Source: an uncultured virus (IMG/VR IMGVR_UViG_3300037497_000123) (lineage: Duplodnaviria; Heunggongvirae; Uroviricota; Caudoviricetes). From it: a stretch of DNA of 20,000 nucleotides. The number at the start of each line of letters is the position of its first letter. The first letter of the stretch is position 1. Shown piece by piece: positions 1-7,309 of the stretch. The notes under the pieces are model-generated. The model made no database searches. It worked only from the letters and a program-made list of their open reading frames with translations, and was not told the DNA's origin. The stretch lies in the IMG/VR virus record IMGVR_UViG_3300037497_000123; one strand, written 5' to 3'. Made by a program: the position numbers and the translations under genes.

Positions 1-10
1 GGCACAAGCA

Positions 11-3000
11 TTGGGGACACTTACGCCCGGGGTCGAACATACTGGGTATGATGTTGGAGCGCTTGGGTCCCATCTCACCAACTTTGCCAAGATTGATTTT
101 GCCGGTATCGCGGCCGGCATCAAGATCACCACGGATGCTCTCGCTTCCATGGAGGAGCGGTTGCGCAAAGCGACGGATAAGTCCTCAGGACAGACCGTTC
201 GGGCGGTCGCGGCCATAGAGAAGGAGCGGGTGAAGAAGGAGAAGGCCCTAATTGAGCAGGGAGCCAATGTTGCGACGGCACACGCGCGAGGAGTTGAAGC
301 GAATGCCAAGGTAGTCAATGCCGACAAGAAGTTGACGTATAGGGAACGGAAAGAGGAACAAAAGCGAAATGCGGCTACGCAGTTGGCTGTTGAGGAAGCT
401 CGCAAGGAGCGTCAGTTCGGGGTAGAAGAGCGCAGGCTCGAGCGGGAGCGTATGCGAGCCTCTATGAAGGCCCTTGCCACTACAGGGGCTGCGGGAGGTT
501 CACGTCTCGGACTGGCTCTGTCTCAGGCGGGCGTACCTCTGGGTATGGGCATGACCAATGCTCAGCTTGAGAAAGCGTTGGTGCAAAACGTGGCATCCAC
601 CGCCCGGCAACAGGCGAAGATCGCGGAATTGCGTGCTCAGAAAGCCCAGTATGCTGGGATAGGAATGTCGACGAGTGGCATTGATAGCCAGCTCATGGCC
701 CGAGGTGCGAGGCTGGACTACTCGGGAGAAGAGTTCCTGAATCTCTTGGGACATGCCGGTAAAATGATGCCGGAAACTTGGGGTAAGCGGTTCCCTGCAA
801 CCGAAGCGCTCCAGCAGTTTCAGAACATGCAGTACAAGCGAACCCGAATTGCAGCAGACCTGGCCAAAGTTCAGGAGTTGCGAGAGTCCACGATGGATCC
901 GCTTGTAGCTGCTTCCACACCTCTGTGGGCGGAAGCGCAAGCGGCTCGCCAGCGTCTGGGAGTTTTCGGAGGGGAGGCTCAGGCAGCGAAGCGGGCGGGA
1001 GAGCTTCGGGAAGAGCAGCACGCCATGGTCAACGGGTTAAAAGGTCAGGTCGGGAAGCACCACGAAATTGAAGCGTCGATGACACGCCAAGGTAACCTCT
1101 TCGATTTCATCGGAAACAAGATGAAGTCGATTATGGCCTATATGGGCATTGGGTTTGTGTTCTATCGGATGGCGGGGGGCATTGCGGCAGCGGTCAAGGA
1201 AGTAGTGGAGTTAGAGCATGTCATGGCGGAACTCCAGGGACTCATGCGCGGACAGTCCGTGGGGGACATGCTTGAGATCAAGAGTTCTATCCTAGAGACG
1301 GCGCGGCAATACGGTCTCGACATCAAGGGTGTGGCCGAGGTAGCTAAAGCGTTTACGCAACTTGGACTGTCTCCGGCGGAGGCCTCAAAAGAAACGCGAG
1401 CGGCCGCTCTTGGCGGCGCCGCCTTGAACATGACGCCGGAACAAACGGCGCAGATCATGATTGCCGCTCGGGAACTCACGGAAGGTGAGATGACCGGCCT
1501 AGACGTGATTGACCGAATTGCGGCAGTCATGCGCGTGTCAGAAACAACAGGGAAAGGTCGGCGGGTGTCTCCCGAGGACCTCACAACCGTGATTGAGCGC
1601 GTGGGTCCCCTCGCGCAGTCCTTGCAACCGAACAAGCTGGGGTCGGTGACGGCCATGGACATGCTGCTTGGTATGCAGTCCACGATTTTGACACGTACGC
1701 AGGGCGTGGGTGGAGCACAGACAGCAGCCGCATTGGCGTTTGCAATGTCCAGTATCATGCGGCCCTCAACCCAGAAGCAATTGCAGGGGAAGTTTGGAAT
1801 TGAGTTGGGTCGTCCGGAAGGTGGGCTACGGCCCATGGGGGACATTTTCCAATTGGTGGCGGAACGCTATAAGCAATACAAGTCCGAAGGCAGTGAGAAG
1901 GCCTCGGCTTTGCTGTCGGTGTTTGGTGGATCCCGTCAAGGTCGGCAGTTGGCGCCGTTGCTGGAGAATTTCGACGAGGCCATGCAAACCGCTATTGAAT
2001 CGTCGGAAGCGTTCGGGCAAGCGGAAAAGCGGGCGGCTCTTGAAGTAGACACCCTTCAGAATCGAATGAAGGGTTTGGGGAATGCATTCACTGGATTCAT
2101 GGATGCGCTGCTTCGTAACACCGGCATCATTGGGGGTACCCATGGGCCGTTGAGAACAGCCTCAAATGCGATTGCGGGCATGTCAAAGAATCCTCAGGCC
2201 TGGACCCTGGGAATAAGTGGCCTGAGTGTGGGGGCGTCATATGGTGGAGCAGCGTTGGCGCGCACAGCGGCATCGGCCATGGCGGCGGGTACTGGGCGGG
2301 CGGCAATGCTAGGCTTGGCCCGACTCTTAACGGGAATGTTGATTGGGTCTGGAATTGTTGCAGCGGTGATCGGGATTGCCTTGGCGGCTTTCGCAGCATA
2401 CAATTTTATCACTCGTGATCGGAAACCCACGGAACTGGAACTGGGACGCGAGCGGTTCGGGGAAACCGCCAAAACTCACAATTTGACTCCCGAAGAGTTA
2501 TCCCATCGGACGATAGCAGCGAATCGCCTGGCCCAGGAGCGCACGGGGGAATTGCTTGGAAAGTCAGGACTCTTCACTGGGGTCGACACGGACCCGGAAG
2601 CGCGAGCAACGTTCTCTCGGGTATTTTTGGGATTGATGGAAGGCGCAGTACCGGATTTGAAGAAAATTGCCGATCCGGCGGAGCGATTGAACCAAGCGTT
2701 TGGTTTGCTTCGGGAATCCATGGAGGAAATCGATCGGACCGCTCGTACCCCGCTGTTCCAGAGTGAGATTCTTGCGCGGATGGAGGCTCGTGGAAACATT
2801 ATTGCAGAGCGCACCAATTTTGAGACCCATTCTAAGACAAACCCTGACTATAAGCCATACACAGAGACGCTTCGGATCATTCAGCGGGGCGACCAAAACA
2901 AGTTGACGCAGTTAAAGCAGGGGCGTCTTTCGACTCGATCCGGGGCGGCAACGGCGGTGTCCGCTACCACCGAGTTGATGGCAAACGTCGCCAATACTCA

Positions 3001-5815
3001 GGGAGGCAAGCTTCCAGTGGTGGGTCTGGGGGGTGCGTGGAAGGATCGTATTCTGGAAGTGCTCATTGGGTATGGATCGCAGCGTTCCCAGCAGGAGGCC
3101 ATGAAGGGTATGGGAGGGTTGGTTGGGTATGACTATGCGGGTGCTCGACGGACCAGTTCTCGAGGCTTAGTCGAAGGTGTTGAACGTGCAATCGCAGAGG
3201 CCAAGGGAGATCTTATCCGGACGAAAGAGCAACTTGTGATGGCGGAATGGTCCTCGATGGATACAGAGGATTTGGCGGCGCGTACAGCGGACGCGGGGGA
3301 TCTCAAGAAATTGTCAGATGCGGACAGGGCCTTAGTTCTTAAGTCGGAGGCCAAAGCATCTTTTATATCCAAGATGGATAATGCTGAAGCGGTCATTGCA
3401 GCTTTTCAGAAGGACAAAACATTGTTGGGATCGTTGCCACCAGATCTCCAGAAACTGCTTGCGGAACTTGTTACAGGGCAATCCTTCAAGACCGAGGACG
3501 ACGCGACTAAACACTTGAGCAAGAGTTTAGGACTCATTTCTGGGATTCGGGCTGTTGCGAAAGAGGAAGCCGAGGAAGGAGAGCGGTTGGTGGTGGCGAA
3601 GGAACAGACCATCAAACTTCTTGAGAATGAGCGCGATTTGCATGTATCTATTTTGGAACATGTCCAGCGGCGAGCACAACTCAACCGAGAATCAGGAATT
3701 GCTCGAGCGGAGTTGGCTGGTGTTGGAGCTGGGTTTGGTAGTCGGCAATCCGACATCCTCTCGCGAGGAGCGGACGAAGTCAACCGCATTCGCCAACAGG
3801 GGTTGTACGAACGAGCGTTGATTGAAGCGGATCCGGAAATGTCGGATCCGCGAAAGGTGTTTTTGCAAGATCAAAGTCAGATCCAGGAAGACCGCAAAGC
3901 GCTGGTGGCGCAGGAAACTGCTAATCTGGATGCGGAACGCCTCCAAGTCATGGCCCAGATCGATGTGGAACGGGATCGTACTAACAACGCCAAAACAATG
4001 TTGCGGGGGGCCACGTCAGGATTGTCGGGGGCTTTGGGACAGAATTTCATGAGCGGATGGGCTGGCGGTCCAGCCCTAGAGACCATTACACGCCCACTAA
4101 TCTCGGGGTTGCAGCAAAAGTTGGCGGACAACTTCGTGGATTCGTGGTTTGGTCCAGATGGTATTTTCGGCGGGAAAATGATGGACTTGTTCTCTGTCGA
4201 CACGCTTCTGGACCAAGAAGTGGTGATGCGGCAAAGTTACTTGCGGAACTTAGGTCTTGCCCTTACGGGGGAAGTCACGGCCGTGCGTTCTGCTGCAAGT
4301 GGGGGGAGTCTTACGGCTGTAGCGTCTAACGTGTCGGTTGGAGAGGCACGAACCCGTATGGCGGAACTCGAGAACTCTAAGAGCTTGGCATTGCTACCAG
4401 GCGCGGCCGCGTTACCGGCGATCTCTTTGATAGGATCGGGATCGGGAACGGGCGTGGCGGGGCTTACAGCAGTGGCGGCAGCGGGTCCGATGGCATTTCG
4501 TCAAAAATATGAATCCGAGTTTGCCTACAGGCAGCGGGTGCGTCGAGAGTGGAAGGGGCAGCCGATACCGCCGGCTCAACGTGGTATGGGAGTGTTGGAT
4601 CCCGATGTTCGAGAAAAGATGGGACACCTGATGGCAGATGCAGCCAAACGTGGGTGGAATGTACAAATCCTGGAAACGCAGCGGACGCAAGAGCGTCAAG
4701 ATGCTATTTTTGCTAACACCAACAACACGAACACTCTTGACTCCAACCACCTCCTGGGCCGGGCTCTTGACATCAAGATAAACGGGCGTGATCTAACCAC
4801 GGAACAGCGACTTTGGTTGGACCAGCGGAATGTTGGCTTGATCGGACCTCCCGATGTTAGCAAACAGCCAAGGGGGTCCTTTGTTGATTTAAATCATATA
4901 CAGTTTCCGCTCTCAAGACGCGAGAACCGGCGACGTCGGCAAGCTTTGCGGGAGGGGCAGGCTGCGGTTGTAATGGGGCCGACTTTAGCACCCCTAGTTA
5001 CACCAACTCAAGATACTAGGTTCGGGTTCGGCACTTTGGGTGCAGGGTATAATTTCACTGCGGGGGCAAGCAGCATTGATCCGCTGATTAATCTGTCGGG
5101 AGGCCTTTCACAAATCTCCCCTCGCCAAATCGAGGACACTCTGCCGGGCATGCCGGGCATGCCGGGCATGTCGCCCTTGCCTGCAGCGGTGCTTCCTACA
5201 CTCACGAAATGGAAAACTCGGTCAGGGTTGATTCCGAAACCGACGGTGAAGGAGCGTTGGGCGCAAGTGGGAGACCAGGCGGCGATGATGGCGGCGTTGC
5301 AGGGCGGCATGTTGTTGGGGGGTGCCTTGAACTCGGATCGAGGTCTTGGTGGTATGAGAATGGGAAGGAACAAGGGGTACAACTACGCCTCCGAGGGTGG
5401 GGCCGTTGGAGGGATGCTTGGTAGTGTGTTTGGAGCACCAGGCGCCTTGGTAGGCAGCCTACTTGGGTCTATGCTTGGTGGATTGATTGCGAAGAAACGG
5501 CCGCGTGAGGACCCCCATGCGCAGTCCCTAGAAAAGATCGAGCGCAATACCCGCGAGAGTGTGACCGCGATCGAGAACCAGACGCGCATGATCGATTTGG
5601 GAAGCCGGATGCTTGGGGTGCCTACCACCTTCAAGTACCCCAGTTACGCGATCGCGGCCGGCGGTGGCGGTGGCGGTGGCACGCCGAACAGTGTCCAAAA
5701 TCACTTCGAAATCACCGTCAATGGAACGTCGGATGCCCGGCAGACGGCTGACCTTGTAGTGGCCCAGTTGCGGTCAGAACTGCGAGGGCAGGGCACCTTT
5801 ACTTCTCGGCGGTAG
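11..5815 (+). CDS. Phage tail tape measure protein with embedded M15-family peptidase; true start may lie upstream of the window
   Basis: 1934-aa Ala/Gly/Leu/Glu-rich helical protein. It has a TP901/PhageMin_Tail-like core (ELEHVMAELQGL...ILETARQYGLDIKGVAEVAKAFTQLG, ~1200-2100), hydrophobic segments (~2200-2410), a Gly-zipper region (GGAVGGMLGSVFGAPGALVGSLLG) and a typical TMP C-terminus (NHFEITVNGTSDARQTADLVVAQL). The frame is open from base 2 (gca caa gca ttg), so the TTG at 11 is not a proven start. Confidence 0.9.
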   Translation: MGTLTPGVEHTGYDVGALGSHLTNFAKIDFAGIAAGIKITTDALASMEERLRKATDKSSGQTVRAVAAIEKERVKKEKALIEQGANVATAHARGVEANAKVVNADKKLTYRERKEEQKRNAATQLAVEEARKERQFGVEERRLERERMRASMKALATTGAAGGSRLGLALSQAGVPLGMGMTNAQLEKALVQNVASTARQQAKIAELRAQKAQYAGIGMSTSGIDSQLMARGARLDYSGEEFLNLLGHAGKMMPETWGKRFPATEALQQFQNMQYKRTRIAADLAKVQELRESTMDPLVAASTPLWAEAQAARQRLGVFGGEAQAAKRAGELREEQHAMVNGLKGQVGKHHEIEASMTRQGNLFDFIGNKMKSIMAYMGIGFVFYRMAGGIAAAVKEVVELEHVMAELQGLMRGQSVGDMLEIKSSILETARQYGLDIKGVAEVAKAFTQLGLSPAEASKETRAAALGGAALNMTPEQTAQIMIAARELTEGEMTGLDVIDRIAAVMRVSETTGKGRRVSPEDLTTVIERVGPLAQSLQPNKLGSVTAMDMLLGMQSTILTRTQGVGGAQTAAALAFAMSSIMRPSTQKQLQGKFGIELGRPEGGLRPMGDIFQLVAERYKQYKSEGSEKASALLSVFGGSRQGRQLAPLLENFDEAMQTAIESSEAFGQAEKRAALEVDTLQNRMKGLGNAFTGFMDALLRNTGIIGGTHGPLRTASNAIAGMSKNPQAWTLGISGLSVGASYGGAALARTAASAMAAGTGRAAMLGLARLLTGMLIGSGIVAAVIGIALAAFAAYNFITRDRKPTELELGRERFGETAKTHNLTPEELSHRTIAANRLAQERTGELLGKSGLFTGVDTDPEARATFSRVFLGLMEGAVPDLKKIADPAERLNQAFGLLRESMEEIDRTARTPLFQSEILARMEARGNIIAERTNFETHSKTNPDYKPYTETLRIIQRGDQNKLTQLKQGRLSTRSGAATAVSATTELMANVANTQGGKLPVVGLGGAWKDRILEVLIGYGSQRSQQEAMKGMGGLVGYDYAGARRTSSRGLVEGVERAIAEAKGDLIRTKEQLVMAEWSSMDTEDLAARTADAGDLKKLSDADRALVLKSEAKASFISKMDNAEAVIAAFQKDKTLLGSLPPDLQKLLAELVTGQSFKTEDDATKHLSKSLGLISGIRAVAKEEAEEGERLVVAKEQTIKLLENERDLHVSILEHVQRRAQLNRESGIARAELAGVGAGFGSRQSDILSRGADEVNRIRQQGLYERALIEADPEMSDPRKVFLQDQSQIQEDRKALVAQETANLDAERLQVMAQIDVERDRTNNAKTMLRGATSGLSGALGQNFMSGWAGGPALETITRPLISGLQQKLADNFVDSWFGPDGIFGGKMMDLFSVDTLLDQEVVMRQSYLRNLGLALTGEVTAVRSAASGGSLTAVASNVSVGEARTRMAELENSKSLALLPGAAALPAISLIGSGSGTGVAGLTAVAAAGPMAFRQKYESEFAYRQRVRREWKGQPIPPAQRGMGVLDPDVREKMGHLMADAAKRGWNVQILETQRTQERQDAIFANTNNTNTLDSNHLLGRALDIKINGRDLTTEQRLWLDQRNVGLIGPPDVSKQPRGSFVDLNHIQFPLSRRENRRRRQALREGQAAVVMGPTLAPLVTPTQDTRFGFGTLGAGYNFTAGASSIDPLINLSGGLSQISPRQIEDTLPGMPGMPGMSPLPAAVLPTLTKWKTRSGLIPKPTVKERWAQVGDQAAMMAALQGGMLLGGALNSDRGLGGMRMGRNKGYNYASEGGAVGGMLGSVFGAPGALVGSLLGSMLGGLIAKKRPREDPHAQSLEKIERNTRESVTAIENQTRMIDLGSRMLGVPTTFKYPSYAIAAGGGGGGGTPNSVQNHFEITVNGTSDARQTADLVVAQLRSELRGQGTFTSRR
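4586..4906 (+). other. Peptidase M15-like (L-Ala-D-Glu endopeptidase, CwlK/Ply500-type) domain within the TMP
   Basis: Motifs occur in the correct order: LDPDVREKM, ETQRTQERQ (R-T-x3-Q), SNHLLGRALD (S-x-H-x2-G-x-A-x-D; His 4748, Asp 4769) and DLNHIQF (D-x2-H; His 4895). Confidence 0.85.
5142..5170 (+). repeat. 9-bp tandem repeat (tgccgggca x3) encoding PGMPGMPGM in the TMP
   Basis: Three exact copies at 5142, 5151 and 5160. Confidence 0.95.
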
Positions 5816-5912
5816 CTCCTGCGGTAGACCTCCTGCTCCAGCGACTCATTCGTAGGGGAGTGAGCATGGGGAGGTCGGAGCGATAGCTCCATCCATAGCA
5901 CCCTCTGGGTGC
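5809..5912 (+). promoter_or_regulatory. Multi-hairpin structured intergenic region upstream of the terminator (candidate cis-regulatory RNA)
   Basis: Stems: gacctcc 5827-33 / ggaggtc 5870-76, enclosing tgctc 5834-38 / gagca 5862-66; ggagc-gata-gctcc 5877-90; gcaccc-tct-gggtgc 5898-5912. The stems are seen directly; any function is inferred. Confidence 0.45.
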
Positions 5913-5917
5913 AAGTC

Positions 5918-5948
5918 AGGGCACCCAATACGGGTGCCCTTTTGTTTT
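5918..5948 (+). terminator. Rho-independent terminator after the TMP
   Basis: Perfect 9-bp stem agggcaccc (5918-26), loop aatac, gggtgccct (5932-40), followed by tttgtttt. Confidence 0.85.
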
Positions 5949-5961
5949 GGAGACCGAAGAA

Positions 5962-6126
5962 ATGTCCTGCTATGACTGTCAGAAAAGCCTGCCACGAACT
6001 TCAGAAGAAGACTACGAGGTGTTGTTGAATCCGGGCGGGGTATGTGCGATTTGTCGGCAACGAGAGACTCTAAAAGCAGCCGCTGCTTATTTGGAACAAG
6101 CTTCAGCTAAACGAGGGCCTACCTAA
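5962..6126 (+). CDS. 54-aa four-Cys mini-protein, apparent internally deleted endonuclease VII derivative (possibly a pseudogene remnant)
   Basis: Own translation: MSCYDCQKSLPRTSEEDYEVLLNPGGVCAICRQRETLKAAAAYLEQASAKRGPT*. GGAG at 5949-52 lies 9 nt before the ATG, and the stop overlaps the next start (TAATG). Three blocks are collinear with the 6815..7309 protein. Confidence 0.7.
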   Translation: MSCYDCQKSLPRTSEEDYEVLLNPGGVCAICRQRETLKAAAAYLEQASAKRGPT

Positions 6127-6812
6127 TGGCTTTCTCCGTATCATCTTCTGATGTTTCGGGTGCACGCATATCGGGGTACGACGAGCAACTAACTATTGCG
6201 CCGGAGGAAGTGGATTATCCACAGACGCCGGCCGGTCGACGCGTGGAAACCACTAGTGGTTCCGTGATCAAACAGACCCCAGCAACGGATCCTCGCATTC
6301 GGGCATGGAGTTGGAGTGGATTGCCGAACTACACGGTCGCTCCGCGATACATCCAAATGATTCATCGACTGGAAGCGTTGGTGTCCACTACTAGGCGTAC
6401 TCGGAATCTAAGTCCTTGGGTGTATTTGAAAGAAGATCTTACGGATGAATTTCGGTTATGGCATTTCGATTCGGGGACGGCCAGCTCAGTAGCGGCCGGC
6501 ACGCTCACGGATTCTGGAAAGACCTGGACCACGAACGCTCTAGCAAACAGCGTGGTGGAAATCGTATCAGGCACGGGTGCGGGACAACGTCGAACGGTCA
6601 CCAGCAACACGGGCACCGTATTGAGTGTGTCCCCGGACTGGACCACACAGCCGAGTAGTGCTGTCTATAACGTGCAGTGGGGAGAATCCACGTGGGTGCG
6701 CTGTCGGGTGTTGTCCGTGGCCAAGAAGCCGGTTTCACGTGCGGGGGTGTCGTTTGATATGGTGCGCATGGAATTCGTGGTTGATGATCCAGCTTGGAAT
6801 TTTTTGGGATAG
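6126..6812 (+). CDS. Putative distal tail (Dit-position) protein with an inserted ~70-aa module
   Basis: First structural-size gene after the TMP, 228 aa. N-terminal RRVETTSGSVIKQ...RAWSWSG and C-terminal VRMEFV resemble Dit/minor tail beta-strands. The insert is at 6471-6674. The assignment rests mainly on synteny. Confidence 0.6.
   Translation: MAFSVSSSDVSGARISGYDEQLTIAPEEVDYPQTPAGRRVETTSGSVIKQTPATDPRIRAWSWSGLPNYTVAPRYIQMIHRLEALVSTTRRTRNLSPWVYLKEDLTDEFRLWHFDSGTASSVAAGTLTDSGKTWTTNALANSVVEIVSGTGAGQRRTVTSNTGTVLSVSPDWTTQPSSAVYNVQWGESTWVRCRVLSVAKKPVSRAGVSFDMVRMEFVVDDPAWNFLG
6471..6674 (+). repeat. ~70-aa Gly/Thr-rich module B copy 1 (in the Dit-like gene)
   Basis: SGTASSVAAGTLTDSGKTW...VEIVSGTGAGQRRTV...VSPDWTTQPSSAVYNV. 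Confidence 0.85.
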
Positions 6813-6814
6813 CC

Positions 6815-7309
6815 ATGCCTGACACTGAAATTGACACCAAATATTGCACTCTTTGTAATGAAGAGTTTCCAAACACTCGAGAATATTTCGGATTCCAACG
6901 GGAGAAATTGGAAGCTAGATGTCAACAGTGCAAAAGAACGCTTCTCAAGGCTTGGCGGAAAAAGAATCCCCTGCTTTATGGTGCTCAAAAGAAGCGCCAT
7001 AAAACTAGGAATCCTCGGATGTACAAGAATTCGATGTTGAAACATTACTATGGAATTACCATCGAAGTTTACGAAGAAATGTTACGGCAACAAAATGGAG
7101 TATGTGCCATCTGCAAGAATCCCGAGAGAGTTCGCAAAGCTGGGACTCAGGAATCAAAGGCGTTATCCGTGGACCACGATCATCGTACTGGAAGGATTCG
7201 CGGGTTGCTTTGCACCAATTGCAATACAGCCCTAGGGCTGCTTTTTGAGAACACTACGATGTGTTTTGCGGTTGTTGAGTACATCCGATTTCACATGCAG
7301 AGAGCTTAA
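6815..7309 (+). CDS. Endonuclease VII-family HNH (putative homing) endonuclease, 164 aa
   Basis: YGITIEVYEEMLRQQNGVCAIC ... LSVDHDHRTGRIRGLLCTNCNTALG matches the recombination endonuclease VII signature, with an extra N-terminal CTLC/CQQC zinc finger. The ATG at 6815 lies 2 nt after the upstream TAG. AT-rich (22/60 GC at 6841-6900, 19/60 at 7021-7080, versus 33/60 at 7561-7620). Confidence 0.9.
   Translation: MPDTEIDTKYCTLCNEEFPNTREYFGFQREKLEARCQQCKRTLLKAWRKKNPLLYGAQKKRHKTRNPRMYKNSMLKHYYGITIEVYEEMLRQQNGVCAICKNPERVRKAGTQESKALSVDHDHRTGRIRGLLCTNCNTALGLLFENTTMCFAVVEYIRFHMQRA

Noticed and set aside
5816..5961. CRISPR array, tRNA or known ribozyme in the spacer
   Set aside because: No regularly spaced repeats, no cloverleaf with a T-loop, and no hammerhead core recognised; an Rfam search is still needed to exclude other families.
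6794..6814. TTG start for the endonuclease given by the ORF track
   Set aside because: It overlaps the upstream gene by 19 nt; the ATG at 6815, just after the TAG, is more parsimonious.
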